This document shows positions 17,630 to 29,660 of a DNA stretch of 64,000 nt, piece by piece. Position numbers and translations under genes: made by a program. The stretch lies in NCBI RefSeq assembly GCF_009914755.1, contig NC_060933.1; one strand, written 5' to 3'. This stretch comes from the human T2T-CHM13v2.0 reference genome, Homo sapiens. Within the stretch, counting starts at the first letter, position 1, and every line of letters starts with the position of its first letter. The notes below the pieces were generated by a model. The model ran no database searches. It saw only the letters and a list, made by a program, of their open reading frames with translations, and was not told where the DNA came from.

Positions 17630-18590
17630 CAGGAAGTTTTAATGACCAACAGGTGCAGAGTCTAGGATACAAGACAGAACTGTAGATAAGTCTGAATCTT
17701 TTCAGCATATCTAGGAGACATGGCTAACTCCACCTGTTCCCAGGCCTTACCTAGAAATTTCACGGCTCCAAGCCAGGTAAACACAACAATTTTCCAAAGT
17801 CAAAGAATCAATTTATGACATTAAAGCACTTCTAAAATTTAACCTCTGACTTAAATTAGACAAAATGGATAGATTTTGAAGATATTTTTATTCTACCAAT
17901 GATTTTAACACCGTCTTTATTTTCCAAAGATTAGTGAAGTCATGTGAAATAAAAGGCATTAGAGCCTCTGTTTTTCTGACAAAATATTTAAGAGCTTTCA
18001 TTTTCTGTTAAGTCGAGTACTTAGAGCTCCTTTATATATACATCACATACACAACACTTCTGGACAGGACACGATCTAGCAGTTGTAAGTTTTTCTTTCA
18101 CATTTTATGAACCCTAACACAACTTCCACAGACCATCTAGGACATGATTGAACTTTGTGACTTGTCCTGTATTTCCCTCTGTTGTGATTAGTCATTCTAC
18201 TTTAGGACAAGAATTTGCCATACAAGATCCTCTCTCACATAACATTTCTTTCCTTCATAATATTTCTTACCATAAATACATCTTCATATCCACAACTTTC
18301 TTTAGATCTCTTCCCTCTACTAATTTCTGATGCCCACTCAAACCAAAAAGGTCAGATAATGCAAGGCAAAACAGGAGAGCCTTAGATTTTGAGAGGGACC
18401 TGTCTGCTTAAAGTTCTTGGGGTTCCATGAGGAAAACAGAGGTTTCTCCTAAAATGGGTTTGTGGCACCTTCTGTTTTTCCTTCAGCAGTCTCAGGCTAT
18501 CAGAAATTACCTTAGATTCTCTCATGTGGGCATCAAGAGTGGCAACAAGAAAGATTAGGGAAATAATCCAGACAACTGAGCAAAAAAAGA
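17630..18590 (-). mobile_element. ERV1 (MER4-group-like) internal fragment
   Basis: AT-rich MER4-int-like passages (ttttgaagatatttttattctaccaat, gagagggacctgtctgctta, ggggttccatgaggaaaacagagg). Confidence 0.5.
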
Positions 18591-19658
18591 ACTTACTACT
18601 GTCCCTACTGTAAAGGTGGATAAACTGAGGCACCATGCGGTTTAAAAATTCATGTTCACATAGAGTCAGGCTCCACAGCTCACTCTCTTAACCATCCTGT
18701 AATTTTGCCGACTCTATGCCCAGTCACGGATGCACCTGTATGGTAGCTCATGGCCCCCTTAGAGCTTAGAATCTGGGTTTCATTCCTGCTCTACAGCTAT
18801 ATAATTTAACAATTTTCCTCTGAATTTGTTGGATTCTAATCCTACATATCTCAAATTTTATTATTACTGAATCTTAAAGGAGGCTGTGATGTCCTTAGTC
18901 TTTAGAAATATTAAACCTATAAATAAAGGGCTATATGAGGTTAAACGTATTCAAATTTCTATATGGTTTAAAACATTGAGGAAATGTATTGACAAACAAA
19001 CTTAAGAAACTGCAACCAATCTACTCTGGACAAAAATTTAGATACTATCTCTTCAAAATAAGCTATCTAGTGGTATTTACACACATTCTTCCATATATCA
19101 ACAGTATTTCACATGCTCATAACCTTAAAAATAACTGAAAAGTGTCAGAATTATAGGCCTTACACATTTCTGTGGGCTTGAAAAATGATACAATATAGAT
19201 TGTCTTTAAGGCAGCTAAGAAAATGCATAAACTTCTAGAGTAATCAGTTTAAAAAAAAAAAGAGTTCATACCAAAGGTAGTAATACTACGATTAAAAGAG
19301 AGCTCAACACTGCAGGTTCTTAAAGGCAAAAGTTAATAAAGCCTTGTTTTTGGTAGTGAATCTCTGCCTTGCAAGATTATACACATGATTCTCCCCCCTT
19401 CATTTGCCTCTTGCAAAAATGTGGTGATGAACCAGGTTTGCTCATGCAGATGATGATACTCTTCAAAATGGTTGCAGAGAAATAAAATGAAGGGAATATG
19501 GTTCACTTAATAATCTCATAAATTAGAACTTATTACCCCAGTGACTCTTACATAGCTCCAGACAAATATTTGAGAGAGATGAAATGGCCTTTTGCTACCA
19601 ATATCTTATGTGATGCTTCACTTTTTGATTCCTTGGATAACTACTTACAACTCATTAG

Positions 19659-19793
19659 CCCATTTATGCCAGAGGTTGCAATTTTTTGAATTTTTGCATG
19701 AGTGAAAAATCAGACCTTGTCAATGACCTTGAGCAGTATAAGTAACTCCCACATGCTTAGCGTTCCAATAATGGAACACTAGGCCTAAGTGGG
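19659..19793. mobile_element. MER85 piggyBac-derived MITE (PGBD3 family)
   Basis: TIRs cccatttatgcc / ggcctaagtggg; flanks TTAG (19655-19658) and TTAA (19794-19797); internal palindrome gttccaataatggaac. Confidence 0.9.
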
Positions 19794-21259
19794 TTAACAC
19801 AATAATGAAATCATAGCTATTCAACTAATTATACGACTTATTTGTTTCCTCATCTCTAAAACATAGTAAGGGACCAGTTATTTTAAAAATACATCACAGT
19901 GACAAGTTTATTTTTCACTCAGTTTGGGCTTGTTGTTTAAGGTCATTGCTTGGCATAAAGAAAACAAAAAGAGGAGAAACAAGAATAGAAACATCAAATA
20001 GAAGCAGCAGCAGCAAAAGAAAATGAAGAGGAACAAGAAGAAGAAAATACAGACTGGAAGAAAGGAAAAAGAACAGGTGCGTGAATTAGAAGGCCTATTA
20101 TACCTTTTATCCTTTCCTCGATTCATGAAATTTGAGTTAAGTCCAAGAGTATCACAACAAAAAACAAGCGAAAAGATACACAAAGAGTCACCCCCTGAAT
20201 TTTGTTAAGAATTAGACAATGCTGCCACTCATGCCTGGCTCAGGCGCCAGCAGGAGGAGGGCACCCTCCAGAGATTGCAGGACAAGGAGGAAGACTCCTC
20301 CTTACCCTACATGCACCTCCACCACTGCCACTGAGGCCCGCATTATAGCACCTTAGGGTTCGTCCCCACCCCAGGACAGGATGGGCAAGTGAGCGCTCCT
20401 ACTCCCCTTCCCAGCCCCCAGACTTGCCGCTGCTACCAACGCTAGCGCCGATGCCAGTACAACCGCTGTTGCCCTCAATGCACCAGCCCACCCTACAAGG
20501 CTCCTATCACTTGGCCCCCACGGGTGCCCTCCTACCACTCTGGTCAAGCTGCAGTCTCTGTTGCTGCCACCAACCTCATGAGGCAAGCTGCAGAGCCACG
20601 CCATCTACAGGCTCCAGCATACCACAGGTGACTCCTCCTCCTCCTCCAGCCTGGCTGGGAGCAGTTGCGCAGGCAAAGCCAGAGAAACCTAGAACAGGAT
20701 GCAGGGAGTGGAAGTGTTAGAGCTTCACCTTGTCACGCTGGCCACTGGGCGGCAGGGACCATTTCATTAAAGGCACTCACACCCACCTTCCAAAGTCCAG
20801 CCTCTCTTTCTGGCAAAAGCTGGCCAGGAACTGGGGCCTGGGGTGCCTTCACTGAAACCGGCTCCTGGCCAAGTCCAGCTGGCCAGGAATTGCTGGGCCC
20901 ATCGGCACTGCGCTCTTCGGGGAGCCCGCGTAGGAGAAACTCAGACCCAGCCAGCCCTCTCCACCCAAGTGCTGGTTCCCATTCCTCACGCCTCCACCCA
21001 CAGTGCCCTGTCCCCCTCCCTCCCCCGTGGTGCCCTCTATTCCCTGCCCGGTAGTCCCAGATGGTCTCCACAACACAGAGCGTGCGTGAGGGCGCGGGCC
21101 AGGGAACCACAGTGGGTGTGAGAGCCCTGCGGTGCTCAAGATTGCATGAGCACGAAGAGATCACCCTCTAGAGTCTGGAGTCCGGGAAGAGAAGAACTCC
21201 ATCCTTCCATGGAGGCCACCAGAAAGAGGAAGGAGGCCACAGCTGTCGCTGCCGCTGCT

Positions 21260-21880
21260 GCCTCTGCAGCCCACCAACCCCACTGGCAGTATAGCCCCCG
21301 ATAGCACCCCTAACCTGCCCCCTGTAACCCTGGGATAGCACACCCAACAGCTGCAGGCAATGTAACCAATACCCCCCCAAACCATCCCAACTCCTCGGCC
21401 GCAGGCAGTGTTAGCACCCGATAGTGCCCACCTGACGCAGCCACGGGTATTGCTGCACTAGACAGCGCCCCAAACCCGCCCCACCCTCACCCCGCCATGG
21501 GCAGTGCAGCTCCTGATAGCGCACCCCCAGTCACAGGCAGTGCAGCACCGGACCACGCCCTTAAACCACCCCCCACTGCCAGCATTGTAGCCCCAGATAA
21601 CTCCACCCAACCCGCCCCTGCCACGGACAGTGCAGCAGAAGACAACGCCCCTAAGCCATCCACCGCCACTGGCAGTACACGTTAGTGTACACAACCTGCC
21701 TCTCCCGACCACCCCTGCCACCTCGGGCAGTGTAGCCCCCCATTCCACCACCAGCAATGCAACCCCAGAGAGTGCCCCCAAACAGTCCAATGCCACAGGC
21801 AGTGTAGCCTTTGGCAGTGAGCCCCTATAGTACACCCAACCCTTACCCCCAGAAGAGGGCAGTGCAGCCCTGGATAACTC
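21260..21880. repeat. Degenerate GC-rich tandem repeat (about 36-48 bp, about 14 copies), C-rich on +
   Basis: Recurring ggcagtgcagccccNgatagcgcccccaaccc-like unit. Confidence 0.8.
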
Positions 21881-21899
21881 ACCTACCCTACCACATTTC

Positions 21900-22640
21900 T
21901 ACCACTGTGGCCGAGCTGCGGTCTCTGATGTCACCACCAACCGCAGCGAGGCGAGCCGCGGAGGCGCAAGCTCCGGCTCCAGCCTCCAGCATGCGGCGGT
22001 GCCTCTTCTTTCTGTCTTCCAGCCCGGCAGGAGAAGCTCTCGCTGCTAGCCTCCCTCCTACCGCTCCGTCACCACCACCACCAACAGGGAGGGAGTGCCC
22101 CAGGCTCCAGGCTCCAAGCTCCAGGCTCCAGGGGGCGAAAAGTGACAGAGCCTTCCAGTTCTTTAAGCCGGGTACGTAGTAGCTCCCCACACCCACACAT
22201 AAGTGCCAGAAATGACGCGCCGCTGCCTCAGCATGCTTTATATACTGAGGTTAGGAGACCCTGGACTACATGTTCTGATTGGATGAGAGAAAAACCTCTA
22301 GGCCTACTCTGATTGGACTTTATTTTCATGCTGTGATTGGTTGTCTTAAGACTTGCTCTCATCCAATCAGAACATGCAGTCTAGGAACCGGCATGCGCAT
22401 AACCTCAGGATATAAATAATGCTGAAGCAGAGTTACGTTTTTTTTGTTGTTGTTTTTTTTGTTGTTGTTTTTTTAGGTTTCCGTGTGTTTCTATTGAGCT
22501 GCTCAGTGCCCGGCTTAGAAGACCAGGAAAAGGAGTCACAGGTCGTATGCTGGAGGCTTGAGCCGCGGCACCGTGGCGCGGCTCGCCTCGCTGCGGTTGG
22601 TGGTGGCGGTGGACATTGCAGCGCGGCTGGAGGGGTAGGA
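21900..22640. repeat. REP522-type palindromic repeat core (duplicon-associated)
   Basis: Exact inverted repeats 21932-21960/22577-22605 (29 bp) and 22269-22289/22356-22376 (21 bp); family name from recall. Confidence 0.75.
22224..22430. promoter_or_regulatory. Candidate bidirectional CCAAT/TATA promoter
   Basis: TATATAAA on minus at 22237-22244; TATAAA on plus at 22411-22416; ATTGG/CCAAT at 22278, 22312, 22336, 22363; NRF1-like gcatgcgca at 22391; CpG-rich flanks. Confidence 0.7.
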
Positions 22641-22649
22641 AGAAGAAGA

Positions 22650-23850
22650 TAGTTTTGGGATAGATAGAGGTGGGTAAAGAGTGTGGTTAGTGCCAAAGGG
22701 AAAAAAGGATAGCGAGGAGGAGAAGGCGTTGCAAAAAGACGATGGGGAAAAGATGGTGGGGAAAAAAGTTTTTGGGTAGATGGAGGTGGAAAAACAGGGT
22801 GCAGAGAGGGAGGGAAGGAAGGTTTTGCAGAAAGACGGTGGGTAGAAAGTTTATGGGTGGATGAAGGGGGAAAAGAAGGTGGCAATTGGGAAGAGGAAAG
22901 AGTGGTGAGGGGGGGAAAATGGGCGAGCAGTAGGGAGAGAAGGTTTTGTGAAAAGATGGTGGGGAGAGAAGTTTTTGGGTAGAGGAGCAAAAGAAGATAG
23001 CAAGTGGGAGAAGGAAAAAGAGGGTAACCAGCGGGAGGAAGACAAGGTTTTGCGAAAAAACAGTGGCAGAAAAGAAAGATGGTGGAGAAAAGATGGTAGG
23101 TAAAAAGTGTTTGGGTAGATGGAGGAGGGAAAGAGGGTGACAAGGAGGAGGAGAAAAGAGGGTGGCGAGAGGGAGCAGGGAAAGAAGTTTGGGGAAAAGA
23201 CGGGAAAATAGTTTGGGGTAGATGGAAGGCAAAAAGGAGGGTGGCAAGCAGTATAGGGGAGAGAAGAGAACGAGTGGGAAGCAGGGGCAGACTTTGTGAA
23301 AAGATGGGGAAATTTTGGGGGGTAGATGGGGAAAAGAGGGAGGTGAGCAGGAGTGGGGAAAAGGCTTTGAGAAAAGATGGTGGGGAAATGTTTTTGGGTA
23401 GATGGAGAAGGGAAGGAGAGTGGCAAGGAGGAGCCGGGGGAAAGACGATGAGGAAAACAGTTTTTGGGTAGATAAAGGGGGAAAAGAGGGTGGTGAGCAG
23501 CAGTAGGGAAAAGGCTTTGGGAAAAGACGGGGGAAAATGTTTTTGCTTATATGAAGGAGCAAAAGGGCGTGATGACAGCGGGAGGGGGAAAAAGAGGGTG
23601 GCCAGGGAGAAGGGGGAAAATACGGTGGGAAAAAAAATACGGTGGGAGAAAGTGTTTGGGTAGATGGATGGGGAAAAGCGTGGTGAGCGGGAGAGTAGAG
23701 AAGGCTTTGCGAAATGACGGTAGGGAGAAAACGGTGAAAAAGTTTGGGGTAGATGGAGGAAGAGAAAGGGTGGTGAGAGGGAGAGGGCCAAATGCGGTCA
23801 GGAAAAGAAGGTGGGGAAATGGTGGGGGACAAAGGTTTTGGGTAGATTTT
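22650..23850 (+). repeat. Purine-rich (GA-rich) degenerate tandem repeat, about 12 units of 75-135 bp
   Basis: Recurring ttttgggtagatgga...ggaaaagagggtgg...gcgaaaagacggtgggg. Confidence 0.85.
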
Positions 23851-23859
23851 TAAAAATAA

Positions 23860-24750
23860 GATTATTTGTATTTTCACTTTTGAGTAGTTTGAATTCTTTA
23901 GATGTTTTGTGTATTAACCTCTTGCCTGATGCATAGTTTGCAAATACTTTCTTCCATTCTCTGGGTTCTGTCTTCATTATACTGATTGCTTCCTCTGCTT
24001 TGGAAAAGGCTTTAAGTTTAACGTAATTACATCTTTGCTTTTGTTGCTTGTGCTGTTGATGTCTATTTGAAAATTCCTTGTCCTAACCAATTTCATGAAG
24101 CATTTTATCCTATGTTTTCTTCTCTGGTAGTTTCATAGTTTCAGGTCCTGCATTTAAATCTTTATTTTGAGTAGATTTTTGTATATGGTAAGGTAATGGC
24201 CTAGATGTATTCTTGTACATGTGGGTGTTGGGTTTTCCTGGTACAGTTTATTGAAGAGATTGTCCTTCCCGAATGTGTGTTCTTGGGGCCTTTGTTAAAA
24301 ATGAGTTGACCGTAAACGCGTGAATTTATTTCTGATTTCTCTATTCTGTTTCACTTGTCTATGTCTGTCTGTCTCATTCGTTCATCTCTCTGTCTCTCCC
24401 CTGCCCCTTTTATTGATAGTACCATACTGTTTTGATAGTACCATGCTTACCATAGATTTGTAGTATATTTTGAAATCAGGTAGTGTGATGCCTCCAGCTT
24501 TTCTTTTTATTCCAGATTCTTTTGTCTATCTGAGGTATTTTGAACTTCCATGTTAATTTTAAGATTCTTTTTCTATTTAAATGAAGAATGTCTTGTAGTT
24601 GAACACAGATTGCATTGATTCTGTAGATCGCATTGGGTGATATAGATATTTTAACATTCTTCTAGTGCATGGACATGGGATATCTTTCCATTTACTTGTG
24701 TCTGCTTTAATATCTTTCATCTATGTTTTATGAAGTTTTCATTTTGGGAA
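23860..24750 (-). mobile_element. L1M(A) ORF2 fragment
   Basis: atagtttgcaaatac, gtagtatattttgaaatcaggtagtgtgatgcctccagcttt. Confidence 0.8.
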
Positions 24751-25568
24751 AAGAAGAAAATCTTTGTTCCTTTTTGAGAAGGTGAAAATTTTTTGGTTGT
24801 GTAATAAGATTTTGCTGTGTCTGCTAAAGTTGCCAAGCCATGCTAGACTGAGGAACGATGTTGCGTACAGAATGACACTCAAGTTGAAATGTGTCTGTGG
24901 GCTGTATGCCCCACCCTGCCCAAGCTAAAGTGGGAAAGGAGAGCCTTGCTTCCTCCAGGGCCTTGCCTGGTCCCACCCGACACTGCCTTCCCCTAACCTA
25001 ATGAATTACTGTAATAGATTTTTCCGTGTTGAATCATTCTTGAATTTCTAGGTTAAGCCTGACTTTCTCCTGATGCACCTTTGCTTTAAATACTTCTGGA
25101 TTTGATTTGATTTGTCAATCTTTCATGAATGTCTTTCTTAGCCTCCAGGTCCATAGATATTCAGAGCAATTCTTCCTAAAACAAGATGAGATTTCAGATG
25201 CATAAGCCAACCCCTCCCCAGTCTTAACATAATTTGGACAAGTGACGAGTCATTTAACCAGTGTACACCAGTTAGTCCCTAGAATAGATTAAAACATTTC
25301 CCCAAAAACTGAAAATGCAAGGTTAAGAGGTTTAGAAAAGTAGTTAATTTCTAAATATTGACTCTGTTTCTGGCTTTAACAATAAGTGACCCCATTTTCC
25401 ATTCAAACTGTGATTGGTCATCCAAATTATAGACTCTTAAGATAGGCTCAATCAGAAATTTCAGAATTTAATTGCCATGAGATTTCTAACTCAAGTTTAT
25501 CCAAAATAAGACACAAATACTCTTCTAAGATATTAAGTTGGAAATTTACATGTGTTTGAGGGAGGTAA

Positions 25569-25916
<348 letters not shown>

Positions 25917-26059
25917 GACAAATTCTTAACTAATCTATGTACTCTTTGCCCACAAGCATGCAGCCGCCAATTATGTGGGTTGACAGACGGAATTATAACC
26001 ATATTTGCCACTGTTTCTGACAGAAGACAAGCCAAAGTCGCACTTTCCACATGTGGGTT

Positions 26060-26065
26060 TTTATT
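26060..26065 (-). terminator. FBP2: FBP2 polyadenylation signal AATAAA
   Basis: tttatt on plus, about 200 nt after the stop codon. Confidence 0.75.
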
Positions 26066-26261
26066 TCTAGTCCTTCACATTGACCATAGAATCGCCTGTG
26101 GCTTCCAAACCTGTCGTAAGCAGTTTGTTGTTGCTCTTCTGTATGTGATTAAGTGGATTTACCTTTTGCATACTCATAGCTACCATCTCTGTTTATCGTT
26201 CATTTAGGGTCCTTAGACAAGGTGCAAGACAAACAGAAGAGGGCATGTGGGGTCAAACTCG

Positions 26262-26456
26262 CTAGCTGCCTGCCTGATTTTTCTGCACACAGGTGAGATA
26301 TTCCTGCACATCCTCTGGTGACCCCAGAATGAGGGGGACTCGCTGGTGAATTGCCTCGGGCTTCACGTCCAGTACAGGCTGGGTCCCCGTGGTCGCCAAG
26401 CCTCCTGCCTGCTCAATGATGTAGGCCACGGGATTGCATTCATACAGGAGCCGGAG
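26262..26456 (-). CDS. FBP2: FBP2 coding exon 7 ([12 protein letters not shown]...QKNQAGS*)
   Basis: Acceptor cctccacag|CTC; FBPase signature LRLLYE; TAG at 26262-26264; 195 nt. Confidence 0.98.
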   Translation of the reverse strand, partial: LRLLYECNPVAYIIEQAGGLATTGTQPVLDVKPEAIHQRVPLILGSPEDVQEYLTCVQKNQAGS

Positions 26457-27179
26457 CTGTGGAGGAACAGAGGCAGGTGAGTAAACTCTGCAAGTGGCCA
26501 AATGTCCCGAGCCATGCCCCTAAAGCTGGGGGAGGAGTTTGTACTGCGGCGCTTCCATCTGGCTAGCATGAGCGCACCATGCACCTTGCAAGAGTGGGCC
26601 CGAGCTTTAGAGCCTACAGCAGGCCAGATGCATCAGATGGCACTCATCCAGAAGCCTTGGGGGCCCCTCTGGCCAGGTGACTGAGCCATGTATCTACCCA
26701 TCTTGTGATCCTTGTGCTTATGAGAAACCTGCCTCTTGACTTGGAAATATGAGATCTAGGCATCTATTTCTTGGTTCAACAAGAAGCAAACTGATGCTGC
26801 AGGCCTGGGTGGAAGCCTTTATATGTGAGACCTCAAGGCTGGTAAAGAGTCAAGCTTGGATGGGACAGTAAGGTCACCTTGACCATGCCGGCTTGTCTCT
26901 CTGGGGACAGCCACAGTGGCTGGGATTGTGTGGAGGAACTCCACATCTTAAGCTTTGACTTGTCTAACTAGTTTGCTGGTGTTTCAATGGTCTTGTCTTT
27001 TGACCCTTAGACTAAGTGAAATCCCATCGTTTGCACTCCCATAGCATCCTGTACTTCCCCTCTGGTACCACTCATCACACTGAGGCCTCTTTAATGCCTG
27101 GCTTCCTCTCTAGGCTGCTGTCCATCCTAGCTGGTCACTGTACTATCTGTATTCTCAGTAGTGCCGACACAGAGAAAGT

Positions 27180-27452
27180 GTTGGCTCCGGCCTGTAATCC
27201 CAGGATTTTGGGAGGCCGAGGCAAAAGGATCGCTTGAGTCCAGGCATTTGAGACCCCATTTGAGATAGTGAGACCCCATCTCTACAAAAAATTTAAAAAT
27301 TAACCAGGTGTGGTAGCGCACACCTGTGATCCTAGCTATTCAGGAAGCTGAAGTGGGAGGATCAACTGAGCCCCGGAGTTCAAGGCTGCAGTGAGCTGTG
27401 ATCATGCTACTGCCCTCCAGTCTAGGTGACAGAGCAAGAGCCTGTCTCAAAA
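27180..27452 (+). mobile_element. AluJ-like
   Basis: Diverged Alu dimer. Confidence 0.8.
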
Positions 27453-28614
27453 ACGAAGAAAGTGTCCAAGCAAGGCCACTGTTTCCTGCACGAGGGGTCC
27501 CAGCCGAGGGCAGAAACTGGGTTGAAATCAGCCTGTGCCCTGCTTGCCAGTCTCTGCACAAGATCCAGGGCTGCTGTTCAGAGGAAGGAAGGCCTTCTCT
27601 AACCCTCCTGCAGGCACATGAGAACTGGCAGGAGGCTGCCTGTGTCCTGTGAGTACGCAGTGAATTGAAATGAATGGGGTTGGATTGAATGGACTTTTTA
27701 GGTCTATTTCTGTGATGATGTCATGACGCCCCCAGCCTGACTCACAACACACAACCCCATCACCTTAGATTCAGGGTGTCGTTCTGGCCGAGGCCCTGCT
27801 GCTGTGCATGACTCAGTATCATCTTCTCCTTTCTCCCCATCAGTGCAACCTGTGTAACTTCCCAAAAGTTCATTCTCCATTATCACCTTACGAAATGGTT
27901 GACCCAGCTATGTGCAGCCTTTCCTTACCATTCTTTTCTTCCAGTCCGTTTTGGTGATATGTTTAAACTACTTTGAGAAAGAGTCATATATTATGGTAAT
28001 TTTTTTCTATTTTTCTATTATATATTTATATGTTATTATATATTATATAATATATATTTACATATAATATGTTATATATTTATATAATGTTATTATATAT
28101 TTTTTCTATTGTATATATTATATATATTAAGGAGAGGAACATGATGCCTTTGGTCTAGGCTGGAGATCCAGGCATTCGAGAGAAAGTAGGTGAAGACTCC
28201 ATGGGGGTATTTACTGCCATTTTGGTCAGTGTAAGGTGCCCTCACCCTAGACCTCTGGCTCTTAAAGTAGTGGGTGTCCAGAAGGGTGTAAAAAAGTTGT
28301 GGTGCATGCGGGCTGTCTGGGGGCAGATAGTTCTGTCCCTCATTACCCACAGGAGGGACACTGGAGGCCATGCTGTCCAGGACAGTCTAGCCAAGGAGAC
28401 TCTCACCTTGACAGCTTATAGCGCTCAGCATTTTTCTCCCCTTTTATGTGGGGGATTTGGGGTATCAGATAATAAAGTCTCAGATTGTAATCAATTATCC
28501 TGTTGAGTCAACTACTTTAATCAAAAAAAGCTCAGCATTAGTACCTAATGCGCTTGTCTTGGAGCCAAGTTACTTTTGCTCTGACCTCAGATGCCCCTGT
28601 TGTAGGAAATTTAA

Positions 28615-28993
<379 letters not shown>

Positions 28994-29359
28994 ATGACCT
29001 GTACTTTCTCTGCAATTAAATCTACACAGCTATACAGATGCAGACACACACAGGATAGGAGTGTGCACATGCACACACAGACACACACACACACAGAGAC
29101 GTCGGCACAGGGACCATGACAGCAGAAATGCGGAGATTAGGATCCAACAGAACTTTCAGTATGGGTGGTGGTTATGCGCAGCAAACGCAGATCTATCTAT
29201 GGAGTGACATGTGCTTAAGGGACATGAGTATGTGATCCCATGTGGGTATTTTCTGACTCATTTACGATCATTTGAATAATTAGTAATAACTGATCTTTAT
29301 GTTCTCCCCAATGTAACTGAGTAAGTGACCAGAGTGGTTCTAAGAATTTCCATGTCTTC

Positions 29360-29660
29360 GCCGGGCGCTGTGACTCATACCTGTAATCCCAGCACTTTGG
29401 GAGGCCAAGGCGGGCGGATCACGAGGTCAGGAGATCGAGACCATCCTGGCTAACATGGTGAAACCCCGTCTCTACTAAAAATACAAAAAATTAGCCAGGC
29501 GTGGTGGCGGGCGCCTGTAGTCCCAGCTACTCTGAGGCTGAGGCAGGAGAATGGTGTGAACCTGGGAGGCGGAGCTTGCAGTGAGCCTAGATGGTGCCAC
29601 TGCACTCCAGCCTGGGCGACAGAGCAAGACTCCATCTCAAAAAAAAAAAAAAAAAAAAAA
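29360..29660 (+). mobile_element. AluY
   Basis: gatcacgaggtcaggagatcgagaccatcctggctaac; A-tail. Confidence 0.9.

Noticed and set aside
20353-22196. Many overlapping 60-140 aa ORFs
   Set aside because: GC-rich tandem repeat and duplicon sequence; ORFs on both strands with no recognisable protein
22433-23877. Long minus-strand ORFs of 452, 396 and 191 aa
   Set aside because: They lie on the pyrimidine-rich strand of the GA repeat, which is depleted of stop codons; P/F/S/L low-complexity peptides open in several frames with no domain
28010-28130. Extremely AT-rich tract (also 5760-5920)
   Set aside because: Ordinary (TA)-rich low-complexity sequence with no further structure seen
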